A stretch of 64,000 nucleotides of DNA from Saccostrea cucullata (GCF_032062105.1 NW_026940777.1:1-64000); one strand, 5' to 3'. Positions 11,835 to 25,500 are shown, counted from the stretch's first letter. A program made the numbers and translations. Notes: generated from the sequence alone by a model not told the origin.

Positions 11835-13810
11835 ATCAGCTGGGAGACATGCATCCCACTTTTAAGTGATAATGGTTTATTGCCATACAAATAAGGGAAT
11901 TTGACGATAGAAGAGTTCTAATGTCTATCAATGAAAGATATGGAGATAACGAACAGTTTTCAAGTTCAAAAGTCCATAAAACAATACAAAATAGGAGCAG
12001 AGCAAACACGAACCTCCAAAAAATCAGAGTACATGAGCCAAATACAAAAGATTCTGAAATTTTCATATCATAGATATAACCTTCATGCAGTTAATGTTAA
12101 TTTTAAAAAATGTTTGATGATGGACTGTACAGATTCGCATTTGACTAATTCAAATTAATTTTAGTAAAGCAGTTCAAAAGTATAACAATTTGTACAGTAA
12201 TTTTGTTGCAGAATCTTGTAGATTCATTATGTTCATAACAATCAAAATTAGCAGGATGAATTTGCTAAATTTGGAATGATGAATGCTTCTCCGAGTGGAA
12301 CATTTACTTAAATGAATTAGAAAATATCGAGGAAATGAATTCTGTTCTCAGGGGATGCTTGCTATACAATAAACAATTTCTACTGGAAAATTTGCGATGT
12401 CTTAGAATATCCAGAAAGATTGTTTGTCTTTTCGCAATTTTTCCAAAGGGGGGTATATGGAGAAAACGGCCTGTAATCAAGCTCAAAAGTCCATTAAATA
12501 ATATAAATCAGGAGAGGAGCAAAAGAGACCTCAAAAACATCAGAGGTGATATCGGGTGCCATGGAGGAGCGAGCATTCCCTGTCGACGAGGAAACTTTTC
12601 AGGAAAGGTTTGCTACATGGATATTGTTCACTATATGATCGAGTACTGTATTCCATTGAACTCGAAATAAAAGTTACCAGGCTGACAGACCTGTCTCATG
12701 TTAGATATTTTAGTAAAAAGAAAGTCATTGAATGCGAACAAGAAACTGGTACTGGCCCCTCCTGACAAAGCAGGTAACAACATTGTCTTCATTGTAATTC
12801 TCATTATATAAATTGTATTTTAGAAGAACTTGGAATTCTACAAGTGGTAATCCAACTTATACTCATAGTTCCCTTTCTAAGGAAAATTTTTTTCAAAAGC
12901 ATATGTCAGTTTTGGATATTTTTAATATCCCAAAGAACCAAAATAAATATGAACTACCAAAGCTTTATAAGAATCCCTTCAAACAAAGATACAAAGCAAG
13001 TTCCTTTATATGTTCAACCAAGCCTCTTTAATTTTTATTCCTCACTAAGATGTTAACAGTAGTGAATGAAAAACTTCAAGTGTATTGTGCAACAAATATA
13101 CAAGAAGTTGTGTAAATTACAGGTGAATACTTAAAAATTCCAAGGAACTTTTGGACAATTTGAAATCACAAGATTTTACAAAAATCAACAGCTTAAAAAC
13201 TTACGACTTTTCAACTTTATACACAGCCATTCCCCTCGATAAATTAAAGTCCAGGCTTTTTACATCATTAATTTACAACTGCTTTTGCAATAAAAATGGG
13301 AAGTCGCAAATTTACTTACCATGTCAATGGTCATTTGCAAAATTATTTTGTGAAAAACATTCTGATTGCACAAACAAGCACTCTGAAGTTGACATTTAAA
13401 AGATGGTTGAGTTTCTGATTGACAATGTCTATGTTGTTTTTGGAGACCAGGTCTTCCAACAATCTCATGGGTACCAATTGCGCCCACTATTTTTGTATTC
13501 ATATGAAGCAGAATTTGTGCAAAATCCTAGGACACGTCTTAGGACACATCGTAGGAAATTTTCATAAGCATGCCTGCAGATCTTCTGGGTGATTATTTAA
13601 GTCATTATATACACACTGAATTATCGACGGATTTTACAGTTATTTCCCGATCATGACAAGATGCACGGGTGTGACTGGTCGGAAGGAGATGCTCACTGCT
13701 CCATGGCATCTGATCCAACCTCTAATGTTTTATATGTCCGTGTTTGCTCTGTTTTTATTTTGTATCGTTAAATTGACTTTTGAGCTTGCATATTGTTCGT
13801 TATCTTCAGT
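11835..13810 (+). mobile_element. Degenerate Penelope-like retroelement (RT pseudogene) with terminal modules in inverted orientation
   Basis: Frameshifted motifs PDKAGNNIV, PKLYKNPFKQRY, CSTKPL, KTYDFSTLYTAIP, GDQVFQQ, MGTNCAP and YSYEAEFVQ at 12750-13520; terminal module on minus at ~12520-12590 and on plus at ~13655-13810; extra minus-strand piece (SIVKFPY..SQL) at 11835-11915. Confidence 0.8.
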
Positions 13811-13995
13811 TATTTTATTTCTATGGGAAAAAAATTGGGGCACTTATATGAAATAAATGCATGATTTACCTGTATATTAAATCGACGAATAATTTAGTGA
13901 AAATTAATACCTTAACTTTGTAAATTTTATTAATTGATAAAAGGTGATTGATATCTCCAAACGTCGAATTGAAAGCCACAAGAAGTAAAAGGGTC

Positions 13996-13997
13996 AT

Positions 13998-14032
<35 letters not shown>

Positions 14033-14035
14033 TTT
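13996..14035. repeat. (ATTT)n microsatellite
   Basis: About nine tandem ATTT units. Confidence 0.9.
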
Positions 14036-14332
14036 CTATTTCTATTTCTTACATTCCTTAGAGAACTTACGATCACGTTCTTACTAAAGGTAAAACCTTT
14101 TCATTTGATCTTGTCGATGTTCCTTTCCAGTGTGACTTTATATTAGAATAAATTGTGAATGTTTTTTTTCCTAAATTATAATTAAAAGTGTGCAGTCTTT
14201 CAAATTACATTCCCTAAATTACTTTACTCTATCAGTAAAAAAGAATCACAGTTATGATAAAAAGTTTTTTATCTTTAGCCTGTGTTAAAAAAAGATGACA
14301 GAGAAAACATGTTGCTTGTTCATATATTTATT

Positions 14333-14426
14333 TCATCTTCGCTAGCCAAGGGTTTCTGAGACGCTTCTCTCCTTACAAACTTATGAGGAGAGTAGCGCAT
14401 CAGAAACCCTTGGCTAGCGAAGATGA
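14333..14426. mobile_element. ~94-bp fold-back MITE
   Basis: tcatcttcgctagccaagggtttctga ... tcagaaacccttggctagcgaagatga is a perfect 27-bp inverted repeat that continues imperfectly to a short loop; ttatt on both flanks. Confidence 0.75.
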
Positions 14427-14588
14427 TTATTTTTCAAATTTGGTTTTCTTAATTTCTTCGAAAAAATAATATAACAAATATAACCCTTTCATTTAGTCAA
14501 TCCATAAGAATTATCGACTTCACAGAAAAAGCATAAAGACCTCGCACTTTACTGTGAAGTTGATATATTTATGGATCGACCTCATTAA

Positions 14589-15139
14589 AGGGGCATAGAC
14601 ACAGTTTCAGCAAAAAATCAAAATACTGAAAGCACTCATGGGAGTTGAACATGGTGTAAAATAAAATCTTTGATCGGGAGGTTAAGTGAGTGAACAATAT
14701 TATTATTTCAAATACAGACAACTGTTTCAGATCTTTTGAGTTGCAACAATCTTGAGAAAGACATTCAGAGACATTGAATAGCCAAAAAAAATGTATAGGC
14801 CATAATGCCTGCCTGTCTACATTAGTCCTTTTTTATATCCCCTGCTTGAAAAGCGGGAGGGTATTTATTAATCGGGATTTCCGTCCATCTGTTTGTTTCG
14901 CTTTAGGTATACCCATCTCTTATCTGCAACTCCTTTTACACCACTTAACGAAATTTTCATAGAATCTTTATTACATTTTGCCGTTGTGCACCATCTATTA
15001 CTTTTTCATCCTACACATATTTTGGGTTTCCCATTGCAAAACATGGACACTGATATTATATTCATATTAGAATAACGTTAGGAATAGTAAGCAGTAAAAC
15101 TGGTTTAAAAAATGCAGTTAAAACTGTGCCCAAACCCCT
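14589..15139. mobile_element. Kolobok-type non-autonomous DNA transposon with a nested Helentron-like fragment
   Basis: TTAA on both flanks; imperfect TIRs aggggcatagacacagttt / aaactgtgcccaaacccct. Confidence 0.6.
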
Positions 15140-15689
15140 TTAAAGAGCTATATTGATATAATCTTACTATAATGTTGTATAATAAATAATGGCATGTTTT
15201 TCGTAGATTTTTACCAGTTTTCTTGCTTTTGCTTTCATGTTTTTCTTTTGCCAGTAAGATGGAAATTTTTTGAAGTTTTTGTCATTCACAGAGTAATTAA
15301 AATTAAGCACATAAAATAAATATATACGTATTTACAAAATGAAATAGGAATAGCTCATTTTTCTTATTTAAGCCAGATCTATGTGCATTGACGGTGCTTA
15401 TATTGTGCGGAAATAAAACTTTTTGCATTTGTCCTCGTATTTGCATTAATTATAGCATCTATCTTCTAATGCAATTTGGTTTGGCACGTACACAGGTTAA
15501 CCTCGACAACAACAAAACCCCAGAGCAAAAACAAAAATGATTTGAATCATGTAGTCAATAGGAGATTGTACAACATATGCTAAATGAGTCATCATTTTTG
15601 AAAAACAATTTAAATGATGACAAAACATCTCAAAAACTCGGGCCTATTTAATGTCGTTTTTGTCGAGCACTAGGACAGATAAGAGCAAT

Positions 15690-16542
15690 ATGAGCTGGAT
15701 TTCAGTCGGAATTTTCTTGCTGGGGCTGGCAAGTGCAGTTGGTCAAATTCCAGGCGGATGGACAGAGACTCAAATCGTAGATGAGTACACAAGACAAATA
15801 GTATTTCTGGTAGTGTATTTACAATATCTTTATATGACAGTATTCTAGTATAAAACATTACACAGTCATGCATTTTGAAAGATTTTCATTTTCATTTCAA
15901 AAAAAGAGCGAGAGAGATGTTGTTAAATCTCCTGTCTGTCTTCCTGTTTCATGGACTTTTCTTTAAAATGCTTTAGGTAAAGAATGATATTCTACAATCA
16001 CTCTCTTCAAACGGGATCCCTGTCTACCAGTTCGTCCCCCTTCTTTTTAGGTCCCGTGTTGCTACTGGATCATTTTATCTTGTCAAGGTAGGTCAACAAT
16101 AAGTACAAATGCTTTACATGGGTTGCAACAAATGTTTATTTTTCATTTTTTATCAACTGATGTGAACATTTTGATATAGTTTTACATATGTAATGTTATC
16201 GATAAGGTTAAATAAAATAGAGAATAGACAGCAAGTTTGATCCTAGGTATCTGGATAGACAGAAGTATTTAAAGTAAATATGAAGAACATTTAATATTTT
16301 CTTTTTTCCTTATTTAAGAAAATAATGATACCAATAAACTTATAAATGTACATTACAGTGTTGTCAATTTAATTTTGATATTTTTTTTGTGAAACATTGA
16401 ATAATTTTAGATAAGAATAGGATACGGGCGGTACATACATGTGGAGATCTATCGCCATTTCTCTGGTACACCGACTCGACTAGAGGCAGTACAAGTCGGG
16501 CACACAAAGACGTCTCCCCTAGTAAATTTCCGCCCCTCGTGA
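15690..16542 (+). CDS. Second secreted stefin-fold protein (120 aa) with divergent inhibitory loop; exons 15690-15809, 15977-16087, 16411-16542
   Basis: MSWISVGIFLLGLASAVGQIPGGWTETQIVDEYTRQIVFL/VKNDILQSLSSNGIPVYQFVPLLFRSRVATGSFYLVK/IRIGYGRYIHVEIYRHFSGTPTRLEAVQVGHTKTSPLVNFRPS*. Same intron positions and phases as cystatin 1; PGG, YLVK and YIHVEIY are conserved. Confidence 0.85.
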
Positions 16543-18154
16543 CGTCATGTGTCAGCATACTGAAAGTCTGCTTTGCTGATGTTATGAATAAAATTTTCTT
16601 CCAAGTTTAATATGTTCTAGTTTTTTATGCAGTTGCGTTACAAATGGTATAAAATTAATATACTATTTAATAAACAAATGAACCAATTTTCTTACTAATC
16701 TATAGGGGAAATATCTTTATTTGGAATAATTCCTTATTTACAACGGTATTAGTAATTGTGAATTTAACTTCATTTTCATCCTAAAGTTATTGATTGTTTT
16801 TAAAAAAGAAGACTGTTAATTCTGCAGTAAGTTGTTGGTGAACGCCCAGAGGTAATGTTGATAAATTACAGAACATATTTTAATTCGCTCAGAGGGATAG
16901 ATATTTGAAATACAGTAAAACAATCATGTTACTCCAAACAATTCCTTATATTGCTATGTTACATTACATAATCTACACCACAAAACAATGCGCAATAACG
17001 TTGTTACCGGCCGCCAGGAGGCGGTCGGTTTAGTTGATATGAAAGTTTGAAGTCGCCGTGCGTTTCTGCGGAGTTACAACAATTTAAATAAAACAATTTA
17101 ACATTTATATTATAGAATATTAAACAAAGACATTTTAAATGTTTAACATAAAGCACAATAATCATATAATCAAATTTTATAAATAATGGGGAGTAAATAT
17201 TTCATCCAATCCTGATTGACAAACTCTGACATGACTGAAGTGCGGCGAATTTATATGTAGGCATAGTCTTAAACAAAGACCGCGTTGTATATCAACAATT
17301 TTACTTTCTCTTTTTAAACAGCCTAAACAGGATTGTTGTATTTATTTTAAAATGACGTGCATTTTTATACATTTCCTATGGAAAATTTTCAAATGATTTT
17401 TTAAAAGCACAGAATCTTACAACATTTTGGTCCAGGAGACTAGGATAAAGCGCGTTTTACAATGTGCCAAGCATTTTTCCCGCCACATCTCAACACCGAA
17501 ACAAAGAGACTTGATAGAGAAGAAATGTATGGTGGATCTGAAATACAGTAAGAGACAATCATATTTTATATTTGCTGCGTTTTATTAATTAAAAGTAAAA
17601 CAATAGCTAAGTTTAAACTTTAGTTTTGTACTTTTATGTAAAAACTACTCCAACATCAAACTTCTACCAGAGTTCGTTTACATGTACCAAACTATAGGTC
17701 TATGAACAGTTTACTTGTTACATGCATTATTACAGAAAATAATGTTCATGCAAGTGTTTCATGTCACGGGGATATTTATAACAGATAAATGTAAGAAATT
17801 TTATAAACAGATCACGCAAATTTCAGTTTTTTATTACTTTATCAAAGGAACAATCAATAACAATATATGTTGTTTTCTTTCTGTAACGGAATGTCTTACT
17901 CTACGAATAATGAGAAAGGGTGTTTCCTGGCCAATAAAGAACATAAAACGACCATCATAGAAGATCGCGCTGTCCCGTGAAGCCATAACGAGATGTGTTA
18001 ATACCTAGTTAAATGATGATCACCATTTCTAACTTCACAGAATGCCCGTGTCGTGGTCCCTTGATTGTTTTGTTAATTACTTGTTCCATTTCCGGGGTTC
18101 GTGCAGGTATCGCACATTTACCTGTACTGCTCTGATATTTCTTGGACGCGGATA

Positions 18155-20731
18155 ATGATGAAGGAATTCATTGTGCTGGGATTTGTGTATATATTTTCAT
18201 CTTTTAATACGGCATCCGGTATGTTTTATCTGTAAATAATTTATTTTCAAAAAAAATAGATGCACTTGAAAACATATTTTTAAATTTTTTTTATTATCGT
18301 CCGTGGAATTTATTCTACATGTAGAATCACAAATTGATGTTTTCCCTATTGCATTGCTCATTTACATGTATATTGCTTATCTTATTTTAGCACAAAAATC
18401 CTGTTCGTCGAATTACATGAACAGTAAGTAAATTTTTAACGCGTAATGTTCATTATTTCACGCCTTTAACTATTTCATTTCTAAAACAGACATTTTCTTT
18501 TCGACGTATCAAGCATATACTTCTATTCAGAGATTAGAGATTGTCGGCCTTCGCACAATAAAATCTTGGCATTCGAATTCAGTTTTCGTCTTCTTTAAAA
18601 AAAAATTATGTATAATTACTCTAATATTCTATAAAAATGGATTTTGAAACAATGAAAAAAAACCTCAACTATTTCATGGAAAGACTTTAGTCCTTGTGGT
18701 TGTTTGACATGACTGCGTCTGATGGCGTTTTTTTTTTCTGAACAATCTAAAAACATTAACAAGTAAATTCTTAGACGGGGTTGTTCCAGGCTTGACTTTA
18801 TTATTAAAAATAAATTTCTTTTCCTTAATTTTTCAGCCTCTCTGATATGTGTACCTGGACATACTTCTGGTGAAATGGTGATGCTTGACTTTTCTCCATT
18901 TGAAACTTCTGGAGCGCCTTCTTGTGACTGCAGCGTATACGTTTCTGCCGGAAATCGTCTGGAATTTAATTACGTATTTTCGCCGGGTTACTACGGATGT
19001 GGTTCCGTTATAACAATAACCCATAGAACGATGTCTACTATTCGGTGCCTGCAGGGCGCGGAATCGCTGACTGTAACACCGGGGGATTCCGTCACGGTTC
19101 AGATACTTCGTGAGAGGGAAACATTTGATTCAAAATATTGTTACTTGTTACGCGCTTGTAAGTTGTTAAGTCAGTAATCTAAATTATCTCATGTTGTATG
19201 ATTAATATTAGAATTTATATATAACATTGTAACATCCATTTTGAAATACATTATAAATGCTTAAATATAAAGTTATTTAGAAGCGATAATACATTTGCAA
19301 TAGAGCATGCAAAAATACTACTTGACGTTAGAGGTCTTTCATTTAGCTTTTTGTTTTTCTTGGTTATTCATGACTTACATTATCCTTTTATTTGACAGAT
19401 CAAATCAGCGGACTTGAGAGAATTCCCGGATCTATTATTGTTGTTTGTAATCACCCGTCATTACCTTCTACCACGTTACAAACCACGACAGCAACAGAAC
19501 GCGCCATTCCAGTCACCACCGCCACCAGTATAATCACACCACAAGCCGAGGATGACGTATCATCTACCGGAGTAGATGGTGGATTTACGATATCTGTATC
19601 AACAAATACGATAAACTTCACAAGTACAGCTTTAGTTACAAAATCAGTAAGCGAAGAGGTGTCCACATCGTACAACCATACAGACAGGACCGTAACAGGC
19701 GAAACAAGGCATACAGAAAACAGGCAACTGGCTCACTTTCCGTGTATGTGGGTAACGGGAAACTTTTTGAATTTGTTTCTGCGTCAGTTTAATCAAAAAC
19801 TATCACAGATTCATTGTATATTAATATTCGAATAATTTGATCTAGAGTTTGTTTGTAAATAAAATGTCTATTCGTATAAACGTAAAAATTTTCTTCTTCT
19901 TTTACAGGGGAGATAATCACACCTCTCAGTATTATAATATTCGTCCTCATCGTCGTCGCCATCATCATCTTCAAGGTCAGACGAAGGTCAGTCTAAATAC
20001 TTGTTTTATAAAAAGTTCAAGAATTTGTTTCATTCTAAAAACAACTTTCTTAAACATATTTTAAACTGGTTCAATTTGCATTAAAATAACTGGTTCATTT
20101 TTTAATTCTGTATTTCTGTTTTAGTCGATACATTAAATCCACATATAAACCGGCGGAGTCCAGGGCAACAAGCTGGGCCTTTAATCAACCTTCTCTAAAC
20201 GTATCCCCTCCGAAAAAAGCTTCGAGTCTGAAAACCAATGTCGAGAAGACAGACAGTGGTGTTTACTCCACACTTGGGGAAAACGACAAACGTTCAACTG
20301 AATCAGTTCACAAAGCGGCGGAGAAGAACTATCGAGAGGTCAGCATTGATCAAGCAATTGTTGAATCCGAGGCAAAAACACAGCGAGAACAGAAAAAAGA
20401 AGGGATAGATAATGTAGGATTTATTGAAGACGAAGATTTCAGTGTCGAAAGTTCAAAGGATATACCTTCGAGAGGATCCTCTGAAAGTGATATTACGAAT
20501 TTTATAAGTAAAATGTATGTCACAGATACGGAAAACCAGAATTATTTTCTTGACTATAAGGACAAAACTACGTGTAATTCCAGTAAAGAGGAGAATGCTG
20601 ATATTCTTGATTCAAATGCAAACAGTGTAGTGTCTGAACAGGTTCCACAAACTTCTGAAAAGCCAGAGGTACATCCTCAGCTTCCTATTGACACTGGATA
20701 TGTTATCATTGACGTTCTGGCTAGCATCTAG
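18155..20731 (+). CDS. Type-I membrane receptor-like protein: signal peptide, Cys-containing beta-rich ectodomain, Thr/Ser stalk, TM helix, tyrosine-motif tail; exons 18155-18218, 18391-18423, 18837-19157, 19399-19743, 19908-19986, 20125-20731
   Basis: All junctions are GT-AG and phase-consistent. MMKEFIVLGFVYIFSSFNTAS signal; CDCSV..GCGS..RCL..KYCY domain; TTLQTTTAT stalk; WEIITPLSIIIFVLIVVAIIIFKVRR TM; tail contains VYSTL, NYREV and TGYVII. Confidence 0.8.
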
Positions 20732-21059
20732 CAAATGTTGGATGGCGTTGCCGATCTGTCTACTAGAAGAAACACCATAATTTGTAGCTTAATCGTATTT
20801 GTAATGTCCAAGAGAACAACGTAAAGTGAAGTCGTTTGGCTGGAGATTCTAAAATACATTTTGTTGAATGTTGCATAAATTAAGTTATTTGTGAATTAAA
20901 GCTTCTTAAGAATATTACATGCATTTACAATATTTTTATGCTATACAGATTTTATACTGTCAGTGAAAAGTCCTCCAACTCATATGATATCTATAAGAAT
21001 GAGAAGCTCTTCATGACTTGTGAAGATATGATAAAAATTCAAATTTAACAAATTGTGAG

Positions 21060-22530
21060 CAGAGAAAAACCCCCAGACCTCTGAGAACATAAACACATTA
21101 GACGTGGGATCAGGTGTCATAAAAGAGCAGGCAATCCCAATTGTCATCCACTTACAGTATGAAAATAATGATCAAACAATTTGTATGAAAAATGTCAATT
21201 AACATTCAATCCAACGATATCGTATTGGTACAAAAACAGTCTTTGTATCGACTGTAAAATATGCAAAACGATGACTTAAAAACAAAACAACTTACCTTTC
21301 AGTCGCCTGCCTCATTCTAGAAATTGTTCATAAGTAGAATACACCATTGAGTATCTAATCAAGTGATAGGCATACTAGTAATCCCCATATGCAATTGATG
21401 ATGGTTGCTACACAAGTACGGGAATTTTTTTTATACAAAATAATTCCGTCGTGTAAATCATTAAGAATACTTTTTAGTTTGGCATCTACAGCTTCCTCTA
21501 GCTAAACATCAAAATATGAAAATAGTGTGTCGGTTTCTGGTGATGATAACTGTTGGAATATATAAAATCAGCATATGCTTGAAAATGAATATATCTTTTA
21601 TTGATAAAATGCCATTTTTCTTTATATCTCTCTCAAATTATTCAATCTAAGATCTGTAATCATGATAATATACAACCTTCAAATAAAATAACTGTATACA
21701 CTTTTTAAGCATACAGTGTATATTATTCAAGCAATTCTGGGCAACATGTGACGAGGAGCACACGGCGGGTGCGATCGGTCGGCACGGGGTGCCTACTTCT
21801 CCTTGGCACCTGATGCCTATGGCACGCCAAATTCACAAAAATGAGCAAAACATAGTTTCACAGTCGATAAACTAGGTTTATCGGTTGTAAACTATAGTTT
21901 ACGGACTGTAAACTATAGTTAACAACGTTAATCTATATTTTACATCTGTAAACCATAGTTAACGCGATAATCTATGTTTCACAACCGTAAACTATACCTA
22001 ATACCGAAAACAATCATTTGCGATTGCAAAACATAGATTATCTGATAAATACAGTTTCACGATTTGTAAACTATAGTTTACAAACCGTTAACTATAGTTA
22101 ACGATCTGATAAATATAGTTTCACAATTTGTGAAACTATGATTAACAACTCTTAACTATAGTTTACGATTGTAAACTATAGTTTACAAACGTGAATCTAT
22201 GTTTATCAACAAAATCTATTGTTAACGCTTTATCACAGACAGATAAACTTAAATTAACATTCGTAAACTATAGTTAACAACCGTTAAATATAGTTTTACA
22301 GATGAAAACTATACTTAACGAATCGTTAACTACAGTTTACGGTTTGTAAACTATAGTTTACAGTCGATAAACCTAGTTTATCAAATGTGAAACTAGGTTT
22401 ATCTCATTTTTGTGAATTTGGCGTGCCATAGATGCCTCCTCCGATGTTTTAGAGGCTCGCGTTTGCTCCCCTTCAGATTTGTAATGTTCAATGGAGTTTT
22501 TAGCTTGAATACTGTTCGTTATCACCACAT
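21060..22530. mobile_element. Penelope-like family relic with inverted terminal modules, interrupted by an IS3EU-type MITE
   Basis: Terminal module on minus (gtgggatcaggtg, ~21103) and on plus (cacggcgggtgcgatcggtcg..ggcacctgatgcc, 21760-21817, resuming at 22431). Confidence 0.6.
21818..22430. mobile_element. IS3EU-type non-autonomous DNA transposon (MITE)
   Basis: TATGG...CCATA termini, 28-bp perfect TIR tatggcacgccaaattcacaaaaatgag, 6-bp TSD GATGCC; interior is an array of AAACTATAGTTT-like palindromes. Confidence 0.85.
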
Positions 22531-25500
22531 GTTTCATGATTAAATTAAGTCACATCTATTGTTGAGGGTCTTTCTATTGTTGCTTACTTACGAGCTGTAA
22601 TAACAAACAGGAAATCGACTAGTAATCATTAAATAATTTATCCCTCTTTACTCGTATTTATGTTAGATATAGATGTCACCTGTTGACCTAGCGAATAACG
22701 TCAAGTTTGCGGTGTCGTTTGAGAATTCAGGAAGATCATAGAGTAAAATACAAACATCGTATACCATTGTAATCCTTTAAAGTCCGATTCTTTGAAGTAT
22801 TTTCTCACGATTTTCAATTCCTAAACTAACATGTTTTTCAACATATCCGCGTTACATTTTATATCGTATGGGGGATCTTAGTCTTTGTTCTACATGATTT
22901 TTGTTAACATTTTATTTGTGTTGACAAAATAAATGCGCAAACTCAAAATGAGAGATAAATAGTTTAAATACCAAAATAGCTATATTATCAGTTAAAGGGC
23001 AACGAGGTCATAGGTGATCTCCAGGAAATAACATCTGAAGTTTCGAAAATCGGGTAAGTTTTACAAATTTTTGGATTGTTTTAATTCTTGTTTTATGACA
23101 ACTTTCATGGTCATATTAATATATTCCATTAATTGTTGAAAGTTGATTTTGTTAGTCTAAGGTGGTGTATTTAGGACTGTTATTATTATTGTTGTTTTAA
23201 GGATACCAGGGAAAATTTATATCGTAAAAGATAATATCTCTTGAAAAACGACACAATTTCTCGTGAAAACGATGCGATGATATTTTCTGTCACTATAATC
23301 TTTTTTTAATGAAACTGATGTAATTGCCATGTCAAAATACTCCAAAAGTAAAATTGTTTGCTCACAAAAAGTTTAATTGTAATCGTATCTTGATCTGAAA
23401 TTCAAAACATCAATCTAACCTTCGTGTACAAAATCAGACTGTCGAGTTTTTCTTTTCTGCAAAACAAAAAATATGTTATTTATGCGATTTATAGGGAAAC
23501 CTAAAACATTATATCTATATCGAAAATATTCAGAGAAATATACATGTATATCAGTGCATTATAGTTTTCTGTATAATTCTGAACCAATTTTGATTGTAAA
23601 CGAGGCAAGTGATATATTTCTAAAATATTGTTTAAAGCTTTAAACTTTCTATGGCAGAATTTTACCTATTTGCAGCCATTCTCTTTAATCAGTACAACCT
23701 TTTATCAGTTTAAATCCCATTTTTTGAAACTTTCATTGAAAAATTGAATCTATGTATTTTAAAAACTTCTTCATTTTGCAATATATCAGCATGACTCAAG
23801 TCATTATTTTCAAGAATTTATCAAATATTTGTTTGTACATGTTATCATCTGTCCTTAAAAAAATTAAAGCAAACCGCTGAAAATTAATTTCGTCTGAATA
23901 AAAGTTGAAAATAAAAAATATTTACCTCATGGCAAAAAAGAAAGATTCATAATATGCACCATTGAAATTAGAGATGATTAATCACATACATGGATTCAGC
24001 CCTGTGATTGCATTGCTTAGAATAACACTGAGAATATTTCTAATCAACGCTAATGAAAGCTTTTTAACCTGCATGTAAAGTATATATCTAATCAATTTCA
24101 CTTTTTGCCTTTCCATGAGAGAATGAGGTTTATAGAATTTATCAACGACCATTTTTCATTACATTGAATTATTTATAAGCCCCCGCTTCTAATCAAATCT
24201 CATTCAATGTCTCCAATATTGAATTCTGTGGAAAATAAAATGCTTTTTAAGATCCCTCAATATGTAAGCCTTTAGACACGACGGTTATATATAGAATACC
24301 TGGCGAGTATATCAGATTGAGGTATTAATGGATACATTATTCTCCTGACGCTATGACAAAAGATCAATGCCTGGACACAGACGTTCAACTTAAATGGACT
24401 CGCACTTCTCTCATTGAGAAGTGCTTAATGCAATGCAAGATATGCGACGAAACTATGGTGTAAATAGAAAATCCATTTAACCATCATGATTTTTACTTTA
24501 GAAATTAATTCAACGGTCGATCAAAAATTCACAGTGACATAACGATTATTGAAAGTTGACAGGACCACAAGTGCTTAAAGGTTTTCTATACTTTATCATT
24601 GCTGGATAATCTGTTTTACGGGTATTTAATGTCAACTGAATTTTTATGCAATGTTAATTAATTAACCCCCATTTATATTCTTTATCTAAAAAGGCGGATA
24701 AATGGTTAGTTCGTAATTTTATGTAATCGTTTTATTTTTAATTTCAGTGACAAGTTCCAGTCAGTCAGTGTGTGCCTAGAATAACGTACTGGACGTATAT
24801 ATACATGTACATGTAAGTTACTTTTATAAAAATTTAAAATTTTTCTTTTTAGATTTTATAAAATTGAAAATAAAGAATTCTTCAAATCAAATTTATTTTA
24901 AATAGGTTACAAGATATTTTTTTCTAATATTATTGTAGTATAATAATTTTTATTCCTGAAACAAATTCTGAAATATGCTACATAAGGATAAATTTGTTTT
25001 TAAATGAACAATTAAAATAACAAAAAACTCTTAGTCATTGTGATAATATCAAATTTCCACTTTTACTATAAATATTCATCCAGCGTGAAAATTATCTATA
25101 CAGTTTCAATAGGCAGATTTCAAAAACTTAAAACAAAAATCTTTGTCTTATGCCATACCAACTTTTCTATATATAATGTAAAAGTTCTCTTTATCTATTT
25201 GCATTGAATATTTTTTTCACGTTAATTTCTTCTTTGGTAACCTCTTTGTTATTTGGATTTCTTTAAAATTTTTAAGTACACAAGTCATCAACTGATGTTG
25301 AATAAAATCCAAAATAAACTGCATTACTTTTAAGTCTTGTCTTTCCACAAATTTTTATTTGCCATATTTTATTTTGATAAAAATTGCTGGAACGATAGCA
25401 TTATGTTAAATAAATATGAATCATATATTTGTATTTTTCATGTGCTTGTACACATTTTGAATTTTTAAAAAGTTAAATGATGAAAGATGTGATATCATTT

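Noticed and set aside
21850-22400. CRISPR-like array of AAACTATAGTTT repeats
   Set aside because: Degenerate palindromic subterminal repeats of a MITE; no unique spacers
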